A DNA stretch of 64,000 nt. Origin: Pristiophorus japonicus. Lineage: Eukaryota. Position numbers and translations under genes: made by a program. Position 1 is the first letter of the stretch. The number at the start of each line of letters is the position of its first letter. Below, piece by piece: positions 24,781 to 38,890 of the stretch. The stretch covers positions 145,824,001 through 145,888,000 of the forward strand of contig NC_091984.1 in assembly GCF_044704955.1 (NCBI RefSeq). The letters are read 5' to 3'. The notes below the pieces were generated by a model that was given only the letters and a program-made list of their open reading frames with translations, made no database searches and was not told the DNA's origin.

Positions 24781-27700
24781 TGTAAAGTCCTATCCCCTCA
24801 GTACAGATTCACACGAGGCATGTCGTGAAGTCAAGGTCTCTCTGGACCTGCACCTTTATTTCACAGCTCTGGAATGCTGCACTTGCCTGAGACCTGTCCT
24901 TATATACCTGTCTCTTGCAAGTGCACCCCTGGTGGTTACAGGTCATATCTTATTACAGTCATGTATAGCATGTTAGGATACAGTTGTATATAATAATGTA
25001 AGATACATGACATCACCCTCCCCCAAGGTCTTATTGTCTTTATAGGTTCAATCTCTCAGGTGGTCGACTCTCTCGCGTGGAGCTTCTGAGTTGTGGTTCA
25101 GTTGTTTGCCTTGGTGTCTGTTTTTCTTTGGGTGTGGTTGCTGGTATCTCACCTGGGCTGTCTGTTTCGATTGGTGTGATTGTTGTTGACTCGCCTGGGC
25201 TGTCTGTTGGGATTGCCCTTTCCTCAGGTTGTTCCCTCTGTCTGTTCACCAGGTGTGGTGCGAGTTCCACATTGTAGTCTGCCTCTGGTTCCACAGTGTT
25301 GTTGGTAAATCTGCTTTTGACTTGGTCTACATGCCTCTGGCAGGTTTTGCCATTGTCCATTTATACTACCAGTAGCCTGTTTCCTTCCTTGCCCGTTACT
25401 GTCCCTGCAAGCCATTTGAGACCCCTGCCGTAGTTGAGGACAAACACTTTGTCCCCTATCTCATTCCATCTCCTCCTTGAATTTCTGTCATGGTACTCAG
25501 CCAGCTTACGGCGCTTTGCCTCAATGATTTCGTGCATGTCTGGGAGGATTAATGAGAGCCTTGTTTATCAAGTCCTTTTCATCAACAGTTGCGCAGGGAG
25601 CATCCCAGTCAATGAGTGCGGACGAGATCTGTATGCCAGAAGCAGTCACGACAGGCGACCCTGCAGCATGGGACCTTGGATTTTAAGCATGCCTTGTTTA
25701 ATGATTTGCACTGCTCTCTCTGCCTGGCCGTTGGAGGCCGGCTTGAATGGTGCCATCTTGACGTGATTTATGCCGTGGTCAATTATAAAATCTTGGAATT
25801 CTGCGCTGGTGAAGCACGGACCATTGTCACTGACCAATATGTCAGGGATTCCGTGCGTTGCAAACATGGTTGCGAGGCTCTCCACAGTGGTGGAGGTTGT
25901 GCTCGAGTTTAAAATGGTGCATTCGATCCACTTTGAAAATGCATCTACAACTACGAGGAACATTTTGCCCATGAATCGGCCCGCAAAGTCTACGTGCACC
26001 CGCGACCACGCTTTGGTAGGCCAGGGGCTCACGGGAGCCTCCCTTGGGGCATTGCTGAGTTGGGCACAAATGATGCACCTTCGGACACAGAGCTCCAAGT
26101 CCGCGTCAATACAAGGCCACCAGACGTGGGATCTGGCTATGGCCTTCATGAGAATGATCCCCGGGTGCTCGCGGTGGAGCTCTCGGACAAATGCCTCTCT
26201 GCCTCGCAGAGGCATGATGACTCGGCTGCCGCACATCAGGCAGTCTGCTTGTAGGGACAGCTCATGCATGCGCCTGTGAAAGGGTTTTAATTCCTCGGGG
26301 CAGGCATCGCGAGCCTCTGCCCAGTCACCGGTTAGGACATATCTTTTTACTAAGGATAACGTGGGGTCGCTGGCCGTCCAGGCTTTGATTTGGTGAGCCA
26401 TCATGGGCGAACCTGTGGACTCAAAGGCATTGATTGCCTTGACTATCTCACAGTCCTGTTCGTCAGACCCTTCCGTGGTCGCCAGGGGTAGCCTGCTGAG
26501 CGCGTCGGCACAGTTGTCTGTGCCTGGTCTGTGCCTTATGGTATAGTCGTAGGACGCCAGCATGAGTGCCCACCGTTGAATTCGTGCTGAGGTGTTGGTG
26601 TTTATTGTCTTGCTCTTGGATAGGAGGGACGTGAGGGGCTTGTGGTCGGTTTCTAACGCGAACTTGGCCCCGAAAAGGTATTGGTGCATCTTTTTGACAC
26701 CGTACACGCACGCGAGCACCTCCTTCTCTACCATTCCGTACCCGCACTCCGCCCGCGCAAGAGACCTGGAGGCATAAGCTATGAGTTGTAATTTGCCCGC
26801 ACTATTGACATGTTGTAAAAGGCACCTGACTCAATACGCTGATGCATCGCATGTGAGAACTAGCTTTTTACCTGGATCAAAGAAAGTCAAAACACTGTTG
26901 GAACACAGAAGGTTGCGTACCTTATTGAAGGCGCGTTCCTGGGCGTCCCCCCAAAACTTATCGCACCCCTTCCTCAGTAGCACATGGAGAGGCTCCAGCA
27001 GCGTGCTTAAGTTCTGCATAAAGTTCCCAAAGTAATTTAGTATCCCGAGAAAGGCACGCAGTTCTGAGACATTACGGGGCCTGGGTGCCAGGCGAATTGC
27101 TTCTGTTTTGGACTCTGTTCGGCGGATTCCATCAGTGGCAATCCTTCTGCCCAAAAATTCAACCTCGGGTGCGAGAAACAGGCACTTGGATTTCTTGACT
27201 CGTAGGCCTACCTGATCCAACCGCTTTAGTACTTCCTCCAAATTACAGAGATGGGAGTCGGTGTCCCTGCCCGTGATAAGTATGTCGTCTTGAAATACAA
27301 CCGTCCCCGGGATGGACTTGAGCAGACTCTCCATGTTGTGCTGGAATATGGCAGCTGCCGACCTGATGCCGAATGGGCATCGATTGCACATGAAAAGGCC
27401 TTGATGTGTGTTGATGGTGGTGAGTAGCTTGGATTCCTCGGTCAATTCTTGTGTCTTTTACGCAGATGTGAGGTCTAGTTTTGAGAAAAGTTTACCTCCA
27501 GCCAATGTGGCAAATAAGTCCTCCGCTCTGGGCAGCGGGTACTGGTCCTGTCGGGAGACTCTGTTTATGGTGGATTTGTAGTCCCCACAGATTTGTACGG
27601 ATCCATCAGACTTCATGACTGGGACGATGGGACTTGCCCAGTCGCTAAATTCCACAGGTGATATAATGCCTTCCCGCAGAAGCCTGTCTAGTTCGTGTTC

Positions 27701-29097
27701 AATCTTTTCCCTCATCACATAGGATACAGCTCTGGCCTTGTGATGGACCGGTCTAGCATCGTGTGTGATGTAGATTTTGACTTTGGCCCCTTTGAAAATG
27801 CCCACACCTGGCTGAAAGAGATGTTCAAATCGCTTTATAACTGTTGAGCAGGAGGTCCATTCCTCTAATGACATGGCGTGGATATCATCCCATTTCCAGT
27901 TTAGTTTTGCCAGCCAGCTTCTCCCCAGCAGTGCTGGGGGGTCTCCGGGGACAATCCACAGGGGAAGTCGGTTCACTGTCCCTTTGTGTATGACAGAGAG
28001 CATGGCGCTGCCGAGGAATTGTACGATTTCTTTGGTATAAGTCCTTAGTGTGGTGTCGACCCTTGTGAGTTTTGGTCTGTCTCTTTTATGTGGCCACAGT
28101 TTTCAAATTGTTGAGCGCCCATGAGAGATTGTGTCGCTTCCGTATCCAGCTCCATGTTGACAGGTATCCCGTTGAGTAGGACCCTCATCAATATAGGAGG
28201 CGTCCTGTTGTAGGAGCAGCGGCCATTGATTGTGTTGATCCACTGTACATCGGTGTCCCGGGTACTGTCCCCACCGTCTTCTGGTCCGCTTTCCGACCCA
28301 TCTGATTCGTATACCAGCCGAGTTGCCATTATTTTGCACATGCGGGCCAAATGCCCTGTATATTCACAGTTCCTGCAAACAGTCTGCTGAAATCGACATC
28401 CCATTGACGAGTGCCCACCCCCGCACCTCCAGCACAGACCGGTTCCATTGTTCAAAGTGTTGCCAAAGAATGAGCTGTGTCTGGCTGATCTCTCTTGAGC
28501 TTCTCTCAGTTTGTAGTTGATTGCTCGCATTGTGGGTTGATGAGGTGTGAACGGCCGTTCCTGTGGCCCTTGATGGCTTCTGGCGCCAATGATTGCTGTC
28601 GAGAGCCTGTTCGCCCGGTTTTGTCTGTGTGTGGAGGTAGCAGCTTGTTTAGTGCTGTGAACAACTTCTTCCGATATTTCGTTAGTTGTCGTACCTGCAT
28701 TGTAAATCAACCTCGTTTCTTCTTCCCCGACCAAGAATGTCTGTGCAACCAGTGCTGCTGCCTCTAAGGTCAGGTTCTTGGTCTTTATGAGCTTTCTGAA
28801 TATGCCTGCGTGGCCTATTCCTTCAATGAAAAAGTCTCTCAGCATTTCTCTCCTCAGTTCATCGGAGAACTCACATAAACTAGCCAACCTCCGAAGTTCT
28901 GCCATGAAGTCGGGTATGCTCTGGCCCACACAGTGTCTGTAGTTGTAGAACCTGTGTCTGGCCATGTGTAGGCTGCTCGCTGGCTTCAGGTGGTCTCTTA
29001 CCAGTGTGCTCAATTCTTCAAATGACTTGCTTGCTGGTTTCTCGGGTGCCAGCAGATCTTTCATTAAAGCGTATGTTTTCGAGCCACAGCTGGTCAA
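24781..29097 (-). mobile_element. Gypsy LTR retrotransposon (gag-PR-RT-RH-IN, 3' LTR 24781-25012), 5' end missing
   Basis: gag CCHC CWRCGGGH; PR MELDTEA; RT WASPIVPV, FSKLDL, PFGI, FQDDILI; RH LTCDASAY, LETDHKPL; IN HPG..C..C, VHVDFAG, SDNGPCF, NGQAER; PPT next to the LTR at 25013. Confidence 0.93.
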
Positions 29098-32000
29098 GAC
29101 TGGTTTTCGTCATAAATCTGGGTGAGATGGGGCAGATGGTATCACTGCACCGGTGGCCATGGCTACCTTCCCCCGACCCATTACTGCGGTTCAGAGTGCA
29201 CCCATCACGGTCTCAAATGTTTGGGGAGAGACCGACGGCTCGGTCTTTTGGGCTGGGACTGTGGGATTCTTTCCTACCCTGTCCTTCCAGGGATTCCTAC
29301 AGTCCATTCTCCAATGCCCATTCTTCCTGCACCCAAAGCAGTTACACTTGGTTTCGGAAGGGTTACCCCCTTCCTGGTGCCAATCTTTCTTTCCCTGACT
29401 GGGTTTTAACTCATGTACCTTTCCCTTGGGTGGGTGCTCTTCCCCCCTGCAGTTCCGATATGCCATGGTCAGTTGCCTGATCACTGTTTCCTCGGTGGCT
29501 TGGGGGTTCCTCGGGTCAAACCAAAGCTCTGCTCTGACTTTGATCCGGGGTAGGCTGTTCGCCACTATGCTCCGGAGCCATTGTGCCCGTTCGCCCGGTG
29601 TAAGGTTTGTCCGGTCGAGAGCCATACTGCAGGTTCGCTGATACACAGGCCACAGCCTGTCAGCGAAAGCCTGAGGGGTTTCTCCCACAAGCTGCACTGT
29701 CCTCTCCACTCGGGAGAAGGGACTTCCCTCATTTAGACCCATGGTCTCCAGAACTTCATCCCGGACATCCTCATATGTACCCCTGCCCTTTCTGCACTCC
29801 GCCAAAAGGGACTGGTACAGCTTGCTGTCCAGGGAGAAAAGGAGCAGTTTTACCTGCTCTGAGTCATCACATCCGCTAATCTCGGCTGCCTGTTCCACTT
29901 CCATGAAGTGGACGGAAGGGTCTCCCTTATGTGTAAGCTTACTCAGGTGGCTTACCATAGCCCTCAACTGTTGGGTAGTGTGGGGAACCACGAATTGGCT
30001 CTCAAGAACCACCGGTGCTCCACCCACAGGCGCGCTGAACTTTTGCTGCCGGACCGGACACATTGGTCCCGGCTCCGACCCTTTCAGTTCTGGCTCACCC
30101 TTCTCTCCCTGCTGCCAAACCGAGTTAAACCCCGGCACCACAGGTGGTGGTGGTCCGTACTCCCTGCCTGCCTGAGCAATTGTCCCTTGTCCCTCCTTCC
30201 TGCTGCCCAACCGAGTTGTTCCCCGGCGCCACAGGGGGTGACTGAACAGTTTTCTCCTCCTCTTCCAGGTCTGCCCAGGTCGTACCCAGACTTATGAGGC
30301 ACACCATGCCTCTTGCCCTGGACAGAGCATGGTTTAAACTTTCAATTTGCTGCTGGCAGGGACTGTGATAGCCCGACTCAAACCCCTTAGTGCTGGTTAC
30401 TCTGTAGGCTGCCTGGATGTCTTTGACGCTCTCCTCCTGCTCTTTCATTTGTCTATTAAGGCGAGAGTTCTCTTCTTGCAGTATCAATTCATTTTTCCTG
30501 GCCTCGGTGACCTGACACTGCATTTCATCCAACCTATTTCTGAACTTCTTCCCTGTGCAAAGCCTTTCCTCGTTGTGCTCATGTAACTCTCTCATTAACC
30601 TTTCCCCTATGATTGTTTCTGCACTAGACTGTTCCTCTGCCTCTTTCAGTTCAGCCATTAGTTTCTCCACTGTGGAATCTAAGAGTTGGACCTGTTTATG
30701 CAGACATACTAGCCAAATTGCCTTTTCCACTGCCTTTTTGTGAGTTTTACCCTCTGTCCAATGGGCTGCAGCATCCCCTGGATGCTCAGCACGCAACAGA
30801 TCGCATACCCACTTCTTTGTTACATTTACTCTTTTGACCACATAGGAAGCAATCCTCTCTTCCATTTGACTTCTTTTCTCACAACCAAAGTCTGTCTCCT
30901 CACACCCCTTTTGCCGCAGTCCTGCCACGGTCGCCATTATGTAGGGGGTAGTGTTTTGGTCAGGTTTCTCTGACTCCTTGGCATTTTCGAGGCGCCCCAC
31001 ACCCTGGATTCTAGACTGTGGACTGATTTGGGGGTTGTGAGAAACTGAGACAGAGTCAATTGGGTAGGATGCAAAACTGGTTTTATTGTGTTCAAACAGA
31101 GTAAAAAGGCACGTTTTTAATAATCACAATAATCAGGTATAAATAGGGAGAAATGGCAACTCAAATAATCTATATTTGGGAAGAACACATTACACATATA
31201 ACAGATTTTTAAAAACACAGTCGTCCCACCTCCCAAAATACTTATGCACTAAACCTGGAAGGGGAAAACACACACGAACATCAACAGGTAGGAACAGTAA
31301 GAAAAACCCAACCTCCCAGACCCACTAGCTAGCTTGGTTAGAACTCTGGGGTTTCAGGGACCATGCTCACCAATTCCCTTTTGACAGTTCCCACTCCGGG
31401 GTTCGCCTTAGTTGTCCTGGTCCAGTTCCAAACTCTGGCGTTCGCCTTAGTTGCCCGAGTTCTGTACCCCGGACCTCGTTGGGGACTTCAACCTGCGTCA
31501 CTTCTTCAGTTGGGCTGAGTCCGCTGATGTGGTAAGGTGCGTATTGGACTTGTGGGGTGAGTATTCACTTTTCCTTGGTCAGGGTAGTCTTAAAAGTTTT
31601 GTTAGGTAATGTTTTACCCCTTGGTAGTGTAGGACCAGCTTGTAGAGTGGAAAAATCTTCGGTTTTTCTTCGGTTTGTCGGGTTGGTTCCGGTTGACTGT
31701 TTGATTGGTCGCGATGGCCCGAAACTTTCCGATAGTCGCTTTGAAAACCTGTTTACTGTCGTGGTGCTGTCCTTCTGGGTTTTAGAGATTCCTTTCGCCG
31801 GTGTTTCGGGGTCCCACTTTTCGAGGCTGGTGTTAAACTTATGCAACGAGACTGCTACCTCAATAGTATCTCTAGAAGCACCCCAAACTGCCAGAACAGA
31901 CCTGCAATTACACTAAAACATCTTCATGCCAAATCAGTTCTTGGGTTTTGTTTGAACTGTTCTGTCCATTGATTTTCAAATGTCTCCTTTGTCAGTGTTT

Positions 32001-32611
32001 TTGGTGGGCTAGTCAGCAGTAGCTCAATTAGGGTGTGATAATGTGCTATCACTGGTTTTGCATTGTTTTAGGATTGTCCCATTTTCTGGCCATCAAGTTG
32101 GGCCCATGCTTTCCATAGTGGTTGATTGGGTAATTGGCTTCTTGCATATTTTGGATGAGTTCTTTAGTTTAGATAATGGCTGGTAATTTGATTATCTCTT
32201 AGGGGGTGAATTGGTGCTGCATAGTTCCCCCCAGATAGTCTGGGATCCTTAATACACGAATTAGCTTCACAGAGGTTAGCCCCCACCTTCTGTATTCGGT
32301 AACTCTTTTTCGCAGCCAAAATGTTGCAAAATCTTAAAATTGATATGCTCCTTCCCAGAGATGTTTAGGGGATCTCAGGCATCTGTAATTTAGCTCCATT
32401 TTGAATTCCCTTTTTAAAAAGTCCAAACACTGGGGCGGGGGTAGGGGGAGGGGGTGCGGAGGGTTCCATGAGGTTGGCCCCCTTTTGCCTTTTTCCTTAT
32501 AAAACTTAGATCTCCACTTGAAAAATCCAAAGTTAATTTTTAACAGTCCAAGAGGAGCTTTTCTTTAATTTTCAGGGAGAGAGACTCATGGGAATTTTTG
32601 GGAACCCTTCA
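29098..32611 (-). mobile_element. 5' part of a second LTR element: long LTR (about 31017-32611) and frameshifted gag with CCHC
   Basis: ORFs 30125-31000 (coiled-coil-rich) and 29191-30210 (CFGCRKNGHWRMDC); TG at 31017 and CA at 32611 abutting CR1. Confidence 0.65.
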
Positions 32612-34670
32612 CTATGGCAGCTCAACATTCCTGGTTACGGGGTTTTCAGACAGGATAGAGAGGGGGATAAAAAAGGAGAAGGTCGCAGTTCTGAAACAAT
32701 TTAAAGAAACAATTACAGCTGTGAGGAGGGATGATATGTCGGAAGGATCATCAAATGAGGCCATATAGGTCGAATTGAAGAACGAAAAAGGGGTAATCAC
32801 ACTGCTGGGAGTGTACTATAGACCCGCAAACAGTCAGAGGGAGAGAGAAGAGCAAATATGTGGGCACATTTCTGACACGTGCAAAAACTATAGGGCAGTA
32901 ATAACAGGGGATTTCAAATACCCCAATATTAACTGGGATAAAATTAGTCTGAAAGGTATAGAGGGTGCGGAATTCCTAAAATGCATTCAGGAGAATTTTT
33001 TTTGCCAGTATGTAACAAGCCCAACAAGGGAGGGGACGGTTCTGGACTTGGTTTTGGGGGATGAAGAGGTGCAGGTGGAAGGGGTATCAGTGGGAGAGCA
33101 TTTTGGTGCTAGTGATCCCAATTCAGTTAGATTTAGGATAGTTATGGAAAAAGACAAAGATAGACCAGGAATAAAAGTTCTCAATTGGGAAAAAGCAATT
33201 TTGCTGAGTTGAGATGAGATTGGGCGAAAGTGGACTGGAAACGACTACTTGAAGGTAAATCAGTGCCAGAGCAGTGGGAGGCATTCAAGGGGGAAATCCT
33301 GCGGTTTCAGAGTAAGTCTGTTCTCTTCAAGAAAAAGAGTGGAACTAACAAATCTCGAGGCCCCTGGATGTCAAGGGAAATACAGTGTAGGATAAAGTAA
33401 AAAAGGGAGGCTTATGACAGATACCGAGGGCTCAATACTGCAAGAACTTTAGAGGAGTATAGAAAGTGTAGGGGTGCAATTAAAAAGGAAATTAGGAAAG
33501 AGAGAGCATGAAAATATTTTGGCAAGTAAAATCAAGGAAAACCCAAAGATGCTTTATAAATACATTATGAGCAAGTGGATAATTAAAGAAAGAGTAGGGC
33601 CTATTTGAGACCATAAAGGTAATCTGTGTGTGGAGGCATAAGACATGGGTATGGTTCTTAATGAATACTTTGCGTCTGTTTTCACAAAAGAGAGGGGTGA
33701 TGCAGACATTGCAATCAGGGAGGAGCTGTGTGAAATATTAGATGAAATAAACATAGTGAGAGAGGAAGTATTAAGGGGTTTAGCAGCTTTGAAAGTGGAT
33801 AAATGCCCAGGCCTGGATAAAATGTATCCCAGGCTGTTAAGAGAATCAAAAGAGGAAATAGCAGAGGCTCTGACCAACATTTTCCAATCCCCTTGGCTGC
33901 TGGTGTGGTGCCAGAGGACTGGAGGATTGCTAATGTTGTACCTTTGTTTAAAAAGGAGAAAGCGATAGACCAAATAATTACAGGCATGTCAGCCTAACCT
34001 CGGTGGTGGGAAAATTATTGGAAAAAATCCGAAGAGATAGGAAAAATCTTCATTGAGAAAAACGCAGATTAATCAAGGGATTGCTAAGGGAAGATCGTGT
34101 CTGACTAACTGAATTGAATTAATCGAGGAAGCAATAAGGAGGGTCGATGAGGGCACTGCATATAATGTAGTGTATATGGCTTTCAGCAAGACTTTTGATA
34201 AGGTGCCACAAAGCAGACTGGTCACAAAACTAAAAGCCCATAGGATCTAGGACAAAGTGGCAAGTTGGATCCAAAATTGGCTCAGGGGCAGGAAGCAAAG
34301 GGTAATGTTTGATGGGTGTTTTTGTAACTGGAAGACTGTATCCAGTGGGGTTCTGCAGGGCTCAGTACGAGGTCCCTTGCTTTTTTTGGTATATGGGGGT
34401 ATGATTAACAAGTTTGCAGATGATATTAAAATCAGCCGTGTGGCTGATAATGAAGAAGAAAGCTGTAGACTGCAGGAAAAAACAATGAAATGGTCAGGTG
34501 GGCAGAACAGTGGCAAATAGAATTTAATCCAGAGTAGTGTGAGGTAATGCATTTGGGGAGGGCTAACAAGGCAAGGGAATACACATTAAATGTTAGGATA
34601 CTAAGAGGTGTAGAGGAACAAAGGGACCTGGGTTTGCATGTCCACAGATCCCTGAAGATAGCAGGCCAGG
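32612..34670 (+). mobile_element. CR1 LINE ORF2 (endonuclease plus RT), degenerate
   Basis: LLGVYYRPANS, GDFKYPNINW, PTREGTVLDLVL, SDPNSVRF, KCPGLD, KFADDIK. Confidence 0.9.
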
Positions 34671-34820
34671 TAATGGGTTTTTACGACAATCCGGCAGTTT
34701 CATGGTCACCATTACTGACACTAGCTTTTTATTCCAGATTTATTTAATTAACTGAGTTTAAATTCCCCAGCTGCCATGGTGGGATTTGAACTCATGTCCC
34801 TGGATCATTAATCCAGGCCA
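34670..34820 (-). mobile_element. tRNA-derived SINE 5' part
   Basis: Minus-strand B-box-like gagttcaaatcccaccatggcagctgggg. Confidence 0.55.
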
Positions 34821-35109
34821 TAGTAGTCCATAGTTCTTTCAAAGAGCCAGCACAGGTTTGATAGGTTGAATGGCCTCCCTCTGTGCTGTGAGTTGCTGTG
34901 ATTAAGGAGCAGAGCTCCAGCTAGCATCGGCAATGTGGATTCAAGGGTTGAAAGCAGGGGTTTGGGTGCAGTCCATATAGATGTACCACAAGGGGGCGCT
35001 ACAGCATCGATTGATCCAATTATTGGCAGCGGGGAAACCGGGGATGGAAATAGTTTCAATAAAATGTATGCTGCGACTTTTAAAGTGGTCAACACCACCA
35101 GCACGATCA

Positions 35110-35896
35110 TAGAATCACAGAAAATTACAGCACGGAAGGAGGCCATTTCGGCCCATCATGTCCGCGCCGGCCAACAAAGAGCTACCCAGCCGAATCCCAC
35201 TTTCCAGCTCTGGGTCCGTAGCCCTGTGGATTATGGCACTTTAAGGGCACATCCAAGTACTTTTTAAATGTGGTGAGGGTTTCTGCCTCTACCACCCTTT
35301 CAGGCAGTGAGTTCCAGACCCCCACCACCCTCTTGATGAAGAATTGTTTCCTCATCTCCCCTCTAAACCTTCCACCAATTACTTTAAATCTATGCCCCCT
35401 GGTTGTTGACCCCTCTGCTAAGGGAAATGGGTCCATTCTATCTACTCTATCTCGGCCCCTCATCATTTTATACACCTCAATAAGGTCTCGCCTCAGCCTC
35501 CTTTGCTCCAAGGAAAACACACCCAACAAATCCAATCTTTCCTCATAGCTAAAATTCTCCAGTCCTGGCAACATCCTTGTGAATTTCCTCTCCAGCCTCT
35601 CTCATGTAATCACATCTTTCCTGTAATGTGGTGACCAGAACTGCACGCAGTACTCCAGATGTAGTCTAACTAGTGTTTTATGCAGTTCAAGGATAACCTC
35701 ACTGATCTTGTATTCTATGCCTCGGCCAATAAAGGCACCTATTCCTTATGCCTTTTTAACCACTTTATCGACCTGGCCTGCTACCTTCAGGGATCTGTGG
35801 ACATGTACTCTAAGGTCCCTCCGTTCCTCCACCCCTCTCAGTACCCTCCCATTTATTGTGCATTCCCTTGCCTTGTTTCCCCTCCCCAAATGCATT
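35110..35896 (-). mobile_element. CR1 LINE 3' end
   Basis: MLPGLENFSYEERL..SLEQRRLRRDLIEVYKMM..VWNSLP. Confidence 0.88.
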
Positions 35897-35987
35897 AGAA
35901 CAAGGCTGGTGAGGGCATCAAGGCTCTGATGCGACTGATAAAAGTCAAGATGAGGTTGCGGAGAGGTACACAGCTGCTGCTGGATAC

Positions 35988-38890
35988 AATGAACAGGTGG
36001 AGGCCATTCAGCCCCTCGAGCCTGTTCCCCCATTCAATCAGATCACGGCTCACCTGTATCTGAACTCCATCTACCCGCCTTGGTTTCACAAGTTCCAAGG
36101 CCTATACTATAGAGTTTAGAAGAATGAGAGGGGATCTCATTGAAACATACAAAATTCGAATAGGGCTTGACATGGTACATGTAGGGAGTCTAGAACCAGG
36201 GAAAAGGAGGGAGGGGAGGAGAGGAGGAGAGGGGCGAGGGGAGGGGGAGGGGGGTGGGAAAGGGATGGGAGGGGAAAGAGGCATGAAGGAAGGGGAGGAG
36301 GGAGGGAGTGCGAGGGATGGGGAGTGGGGGAAGGAGGGATTGGGAGGGGAGGAGTGGTGGAGGAAAGGGTGGAGAGGGTGATGGGGGGAGATGAGGGAGG
36401 GAGAGGGAGTGTGGAGGGAAAGGGATGGGAGGGAAGGGAGAAGTGAGGAATGGGGAGATGGGGGAGGGAGGGAGGGCAAGGGATGGGCGAGTGGGGGAGG
36501 GTGGGGTTGAGAGGGGGCGACTGGCTCGAGACGGGGAGCCTACTGTGGGAAAGGGAGGGGTGGAGGGGGGGAGACAGAAAGCAGAAAGCAAACTATAATC
36601 AGTTAGCCTAACATCTGTGGTTGGGAAAATGCTGGAGTCCATTATTAAGGAAGCTGTAGCAGGACATTTGAAAAAGCATCATTCAATCAAACAGAGTCAG
36701 TATGGTTTCAGGAAAGGGAAATCATGTTCGAAAAATTTGCTAGAAATCTTTGAGGATGTAACGAGCAGGGTGGATAAAGGGGAACCAGTGGATGTGGTGT
36801 ATTTGGATTTCCAGAAGGTATTCGATAAGGTACCACATAAAAGGCACAAGATAAAAGTTCATGGAGTTGGGGGTAATATATTCGCATGGATAGAGGATTG
36901 GCTAACTAACAGAAAACAGAGAGTCGGGATAAATGGGTCATTTTCCAGTTGGCAAACAGTAACTTGTGGGGTGCCACAAGGATCAGTGCTGGGGCCTCAA
37001 CTATTTACAATCTAGATTAATGATTAGATGAAGGGACCGAGTGTAACATAGTCAAGTTTGCTGATGATACGAAGATGGGTGGGAAAGCAAATTGTGAGGA
37101 GGATACAAAAAATCTGCAAAGGGATATAGAAAGGCTAAGTGAGCGAGGAAAAATTTGGCAGATGTAGTAAAAGGCGGGAAAATGTGTGGTTATCCACTTT
37201 GGCAGAAAGAGTAGAAAAGCAAATAAATTTTTAAATGGAAACAAATTGCAAAGTGCTGCAGTACAGAGGGACCTGTCTGTCCTTGTGCATGAAGCACAAA
37301 AAGATGGTATTCAGGTACAGCAAGTAATCAGGAAGGCAAATGGAATGTTGGTCTTTATTGCAAAGGGGATAGAGTATAAAAGCAGAGAAGTCCTGCTACA
37401 ACTGTACAAGGTATTGGTGAGGCCACACCTAGAGTACTGCATACAGGTTTGATCTCCATCTTTAAGGAAGGATGTATTTGCATTGGAAGCAGTTCAGAGA
37501 AGGTTCACTCGGTTGATTCCGGAGCTGAGGAGGTTCACTTATGAAGATAGGTTGAGCAGGTTGGGCCTATACACATTGGAGTTCAGAAGAATGAGAGGTG
37601 ATCTTATTGAAACTTATAAGATAATCAGGGGGTTCGACAAGGTGGATGCAGTGAAGATATTTCCACTCATCGGGAAAACTAAAACTAGAGGACATAGTCT
37701 CAGAATATGGGGTGCCCATTTAAAATTGAGATGAGGAAGAATTTTGTCTCTCAGAGGGATGTAAATCTGTGGAATTCTCTGCACCAGAGAGATGTGGTGG
37801 CTGGGTCATTGAATATATTTAAGGCAGAGATAGACAGATTTTTGAGCGATCAGGGAGTGAAAGGTTATGGGGAGCGGGCGGGAAATTGGAGCTGAGTCCA
37901 TGATCAGATCATTCATGATCTTATTAAATGGCGGAGCAGGCTCGAGGGGCCAAATGGCCTACTCCTTTTCCTATTTCTTATGTGGTGCTGGGTAACAGTC
38001 TCACACACACACACACACACCAACAGACAGTGCTGGGTAAGACACACTAACATGCAGGGACATGTACACGGTGATACACTGACTGCTCCTCTCCCTAAGC
38101 TGAGGCCTCACTCGGTACAGTTTTGTGCTGCTGCCACGAGCTACACGTTAACGAGAGAGAATGCAACGTTGTGACTGTGGCCTCTGCCCCCAGATTGCCC
38201 CCAGCAGTCAGCACCGAGTGCACAGTGCGATCCCAACACCCACAGTGTGCGGAGTGAGAACCAATGCTCAGACTGAGAGGGTTTAATCCCAGCAGCTTTT
38301 AGTGTCTCTAAATTTAATCTTGTGCACTCCAGGGGTTCGAGGTATAACTAATCGTTTTAAAATGATTGATAATTGGCTTTGAATCAAATCTCCTGCTGAC
38401 CTGCCATTGATTGACAGCCCACCCAGCCAATCAGGACAGACACTTACTGAAATGCAGCCAATCCAGCTGAGGGGGAGGTGGGACAATTCCAAAGCACTCG
38501 CCAGACACAGACTGAATATTCTTCACGTTTATTGCCTTTTACAGATTCACATTTACAGAAACAAGACTTGAATAAACAGCCCAGCGAGAGCGAGCTGGAG
38601 ACATTCACAGGGAGAATGCAGCTTTATTAAAACAGTTGTGGGGATTTTCTCCACACCGTGAGAATCCTGCCCCTTCAAACGGGGACAAAACCTTGAATTG
38701 TAATAGCAGGGTGAGCAGGGAGGGGGTCTGCTTACTGAAGCGACACTTCACAGTTTAACATTAGTTTTACTCTGCTGACAGTCTTCAGCATCTTCGAGAG
38801 GTTTTACTTGGCAGCACGAGTCAACACTGTCCCATCAAACACTCCCAGCGCAGGTACAGCACGGGTTAGATACAGAGTAAAGTTTCCTCC
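35988..38890 (-). other. Inverted paralogous copy of 61335-64000 (Ig C 3' flank)
   Basis: 38050-38890 is the reverse complement of 61335-62200 in unique sequence; flanking CR1 junctions are shared as well. Confidence 0.9.
36105..37980 (+). mobile_element. CR1 LINE fragments with a G/A-rich tract (36200-36570)
   Basis: [41 protein letters not shown]; 3' UTR. Confidence 0.88.

Noticed and set aside
36200-36570. G-rich tract as a functional G-quadruplex element or Pro-rich ORF
   Set aside because: Low-complexity purine tract between CR1 pieces, absent from the inverted paralog, with no further support.
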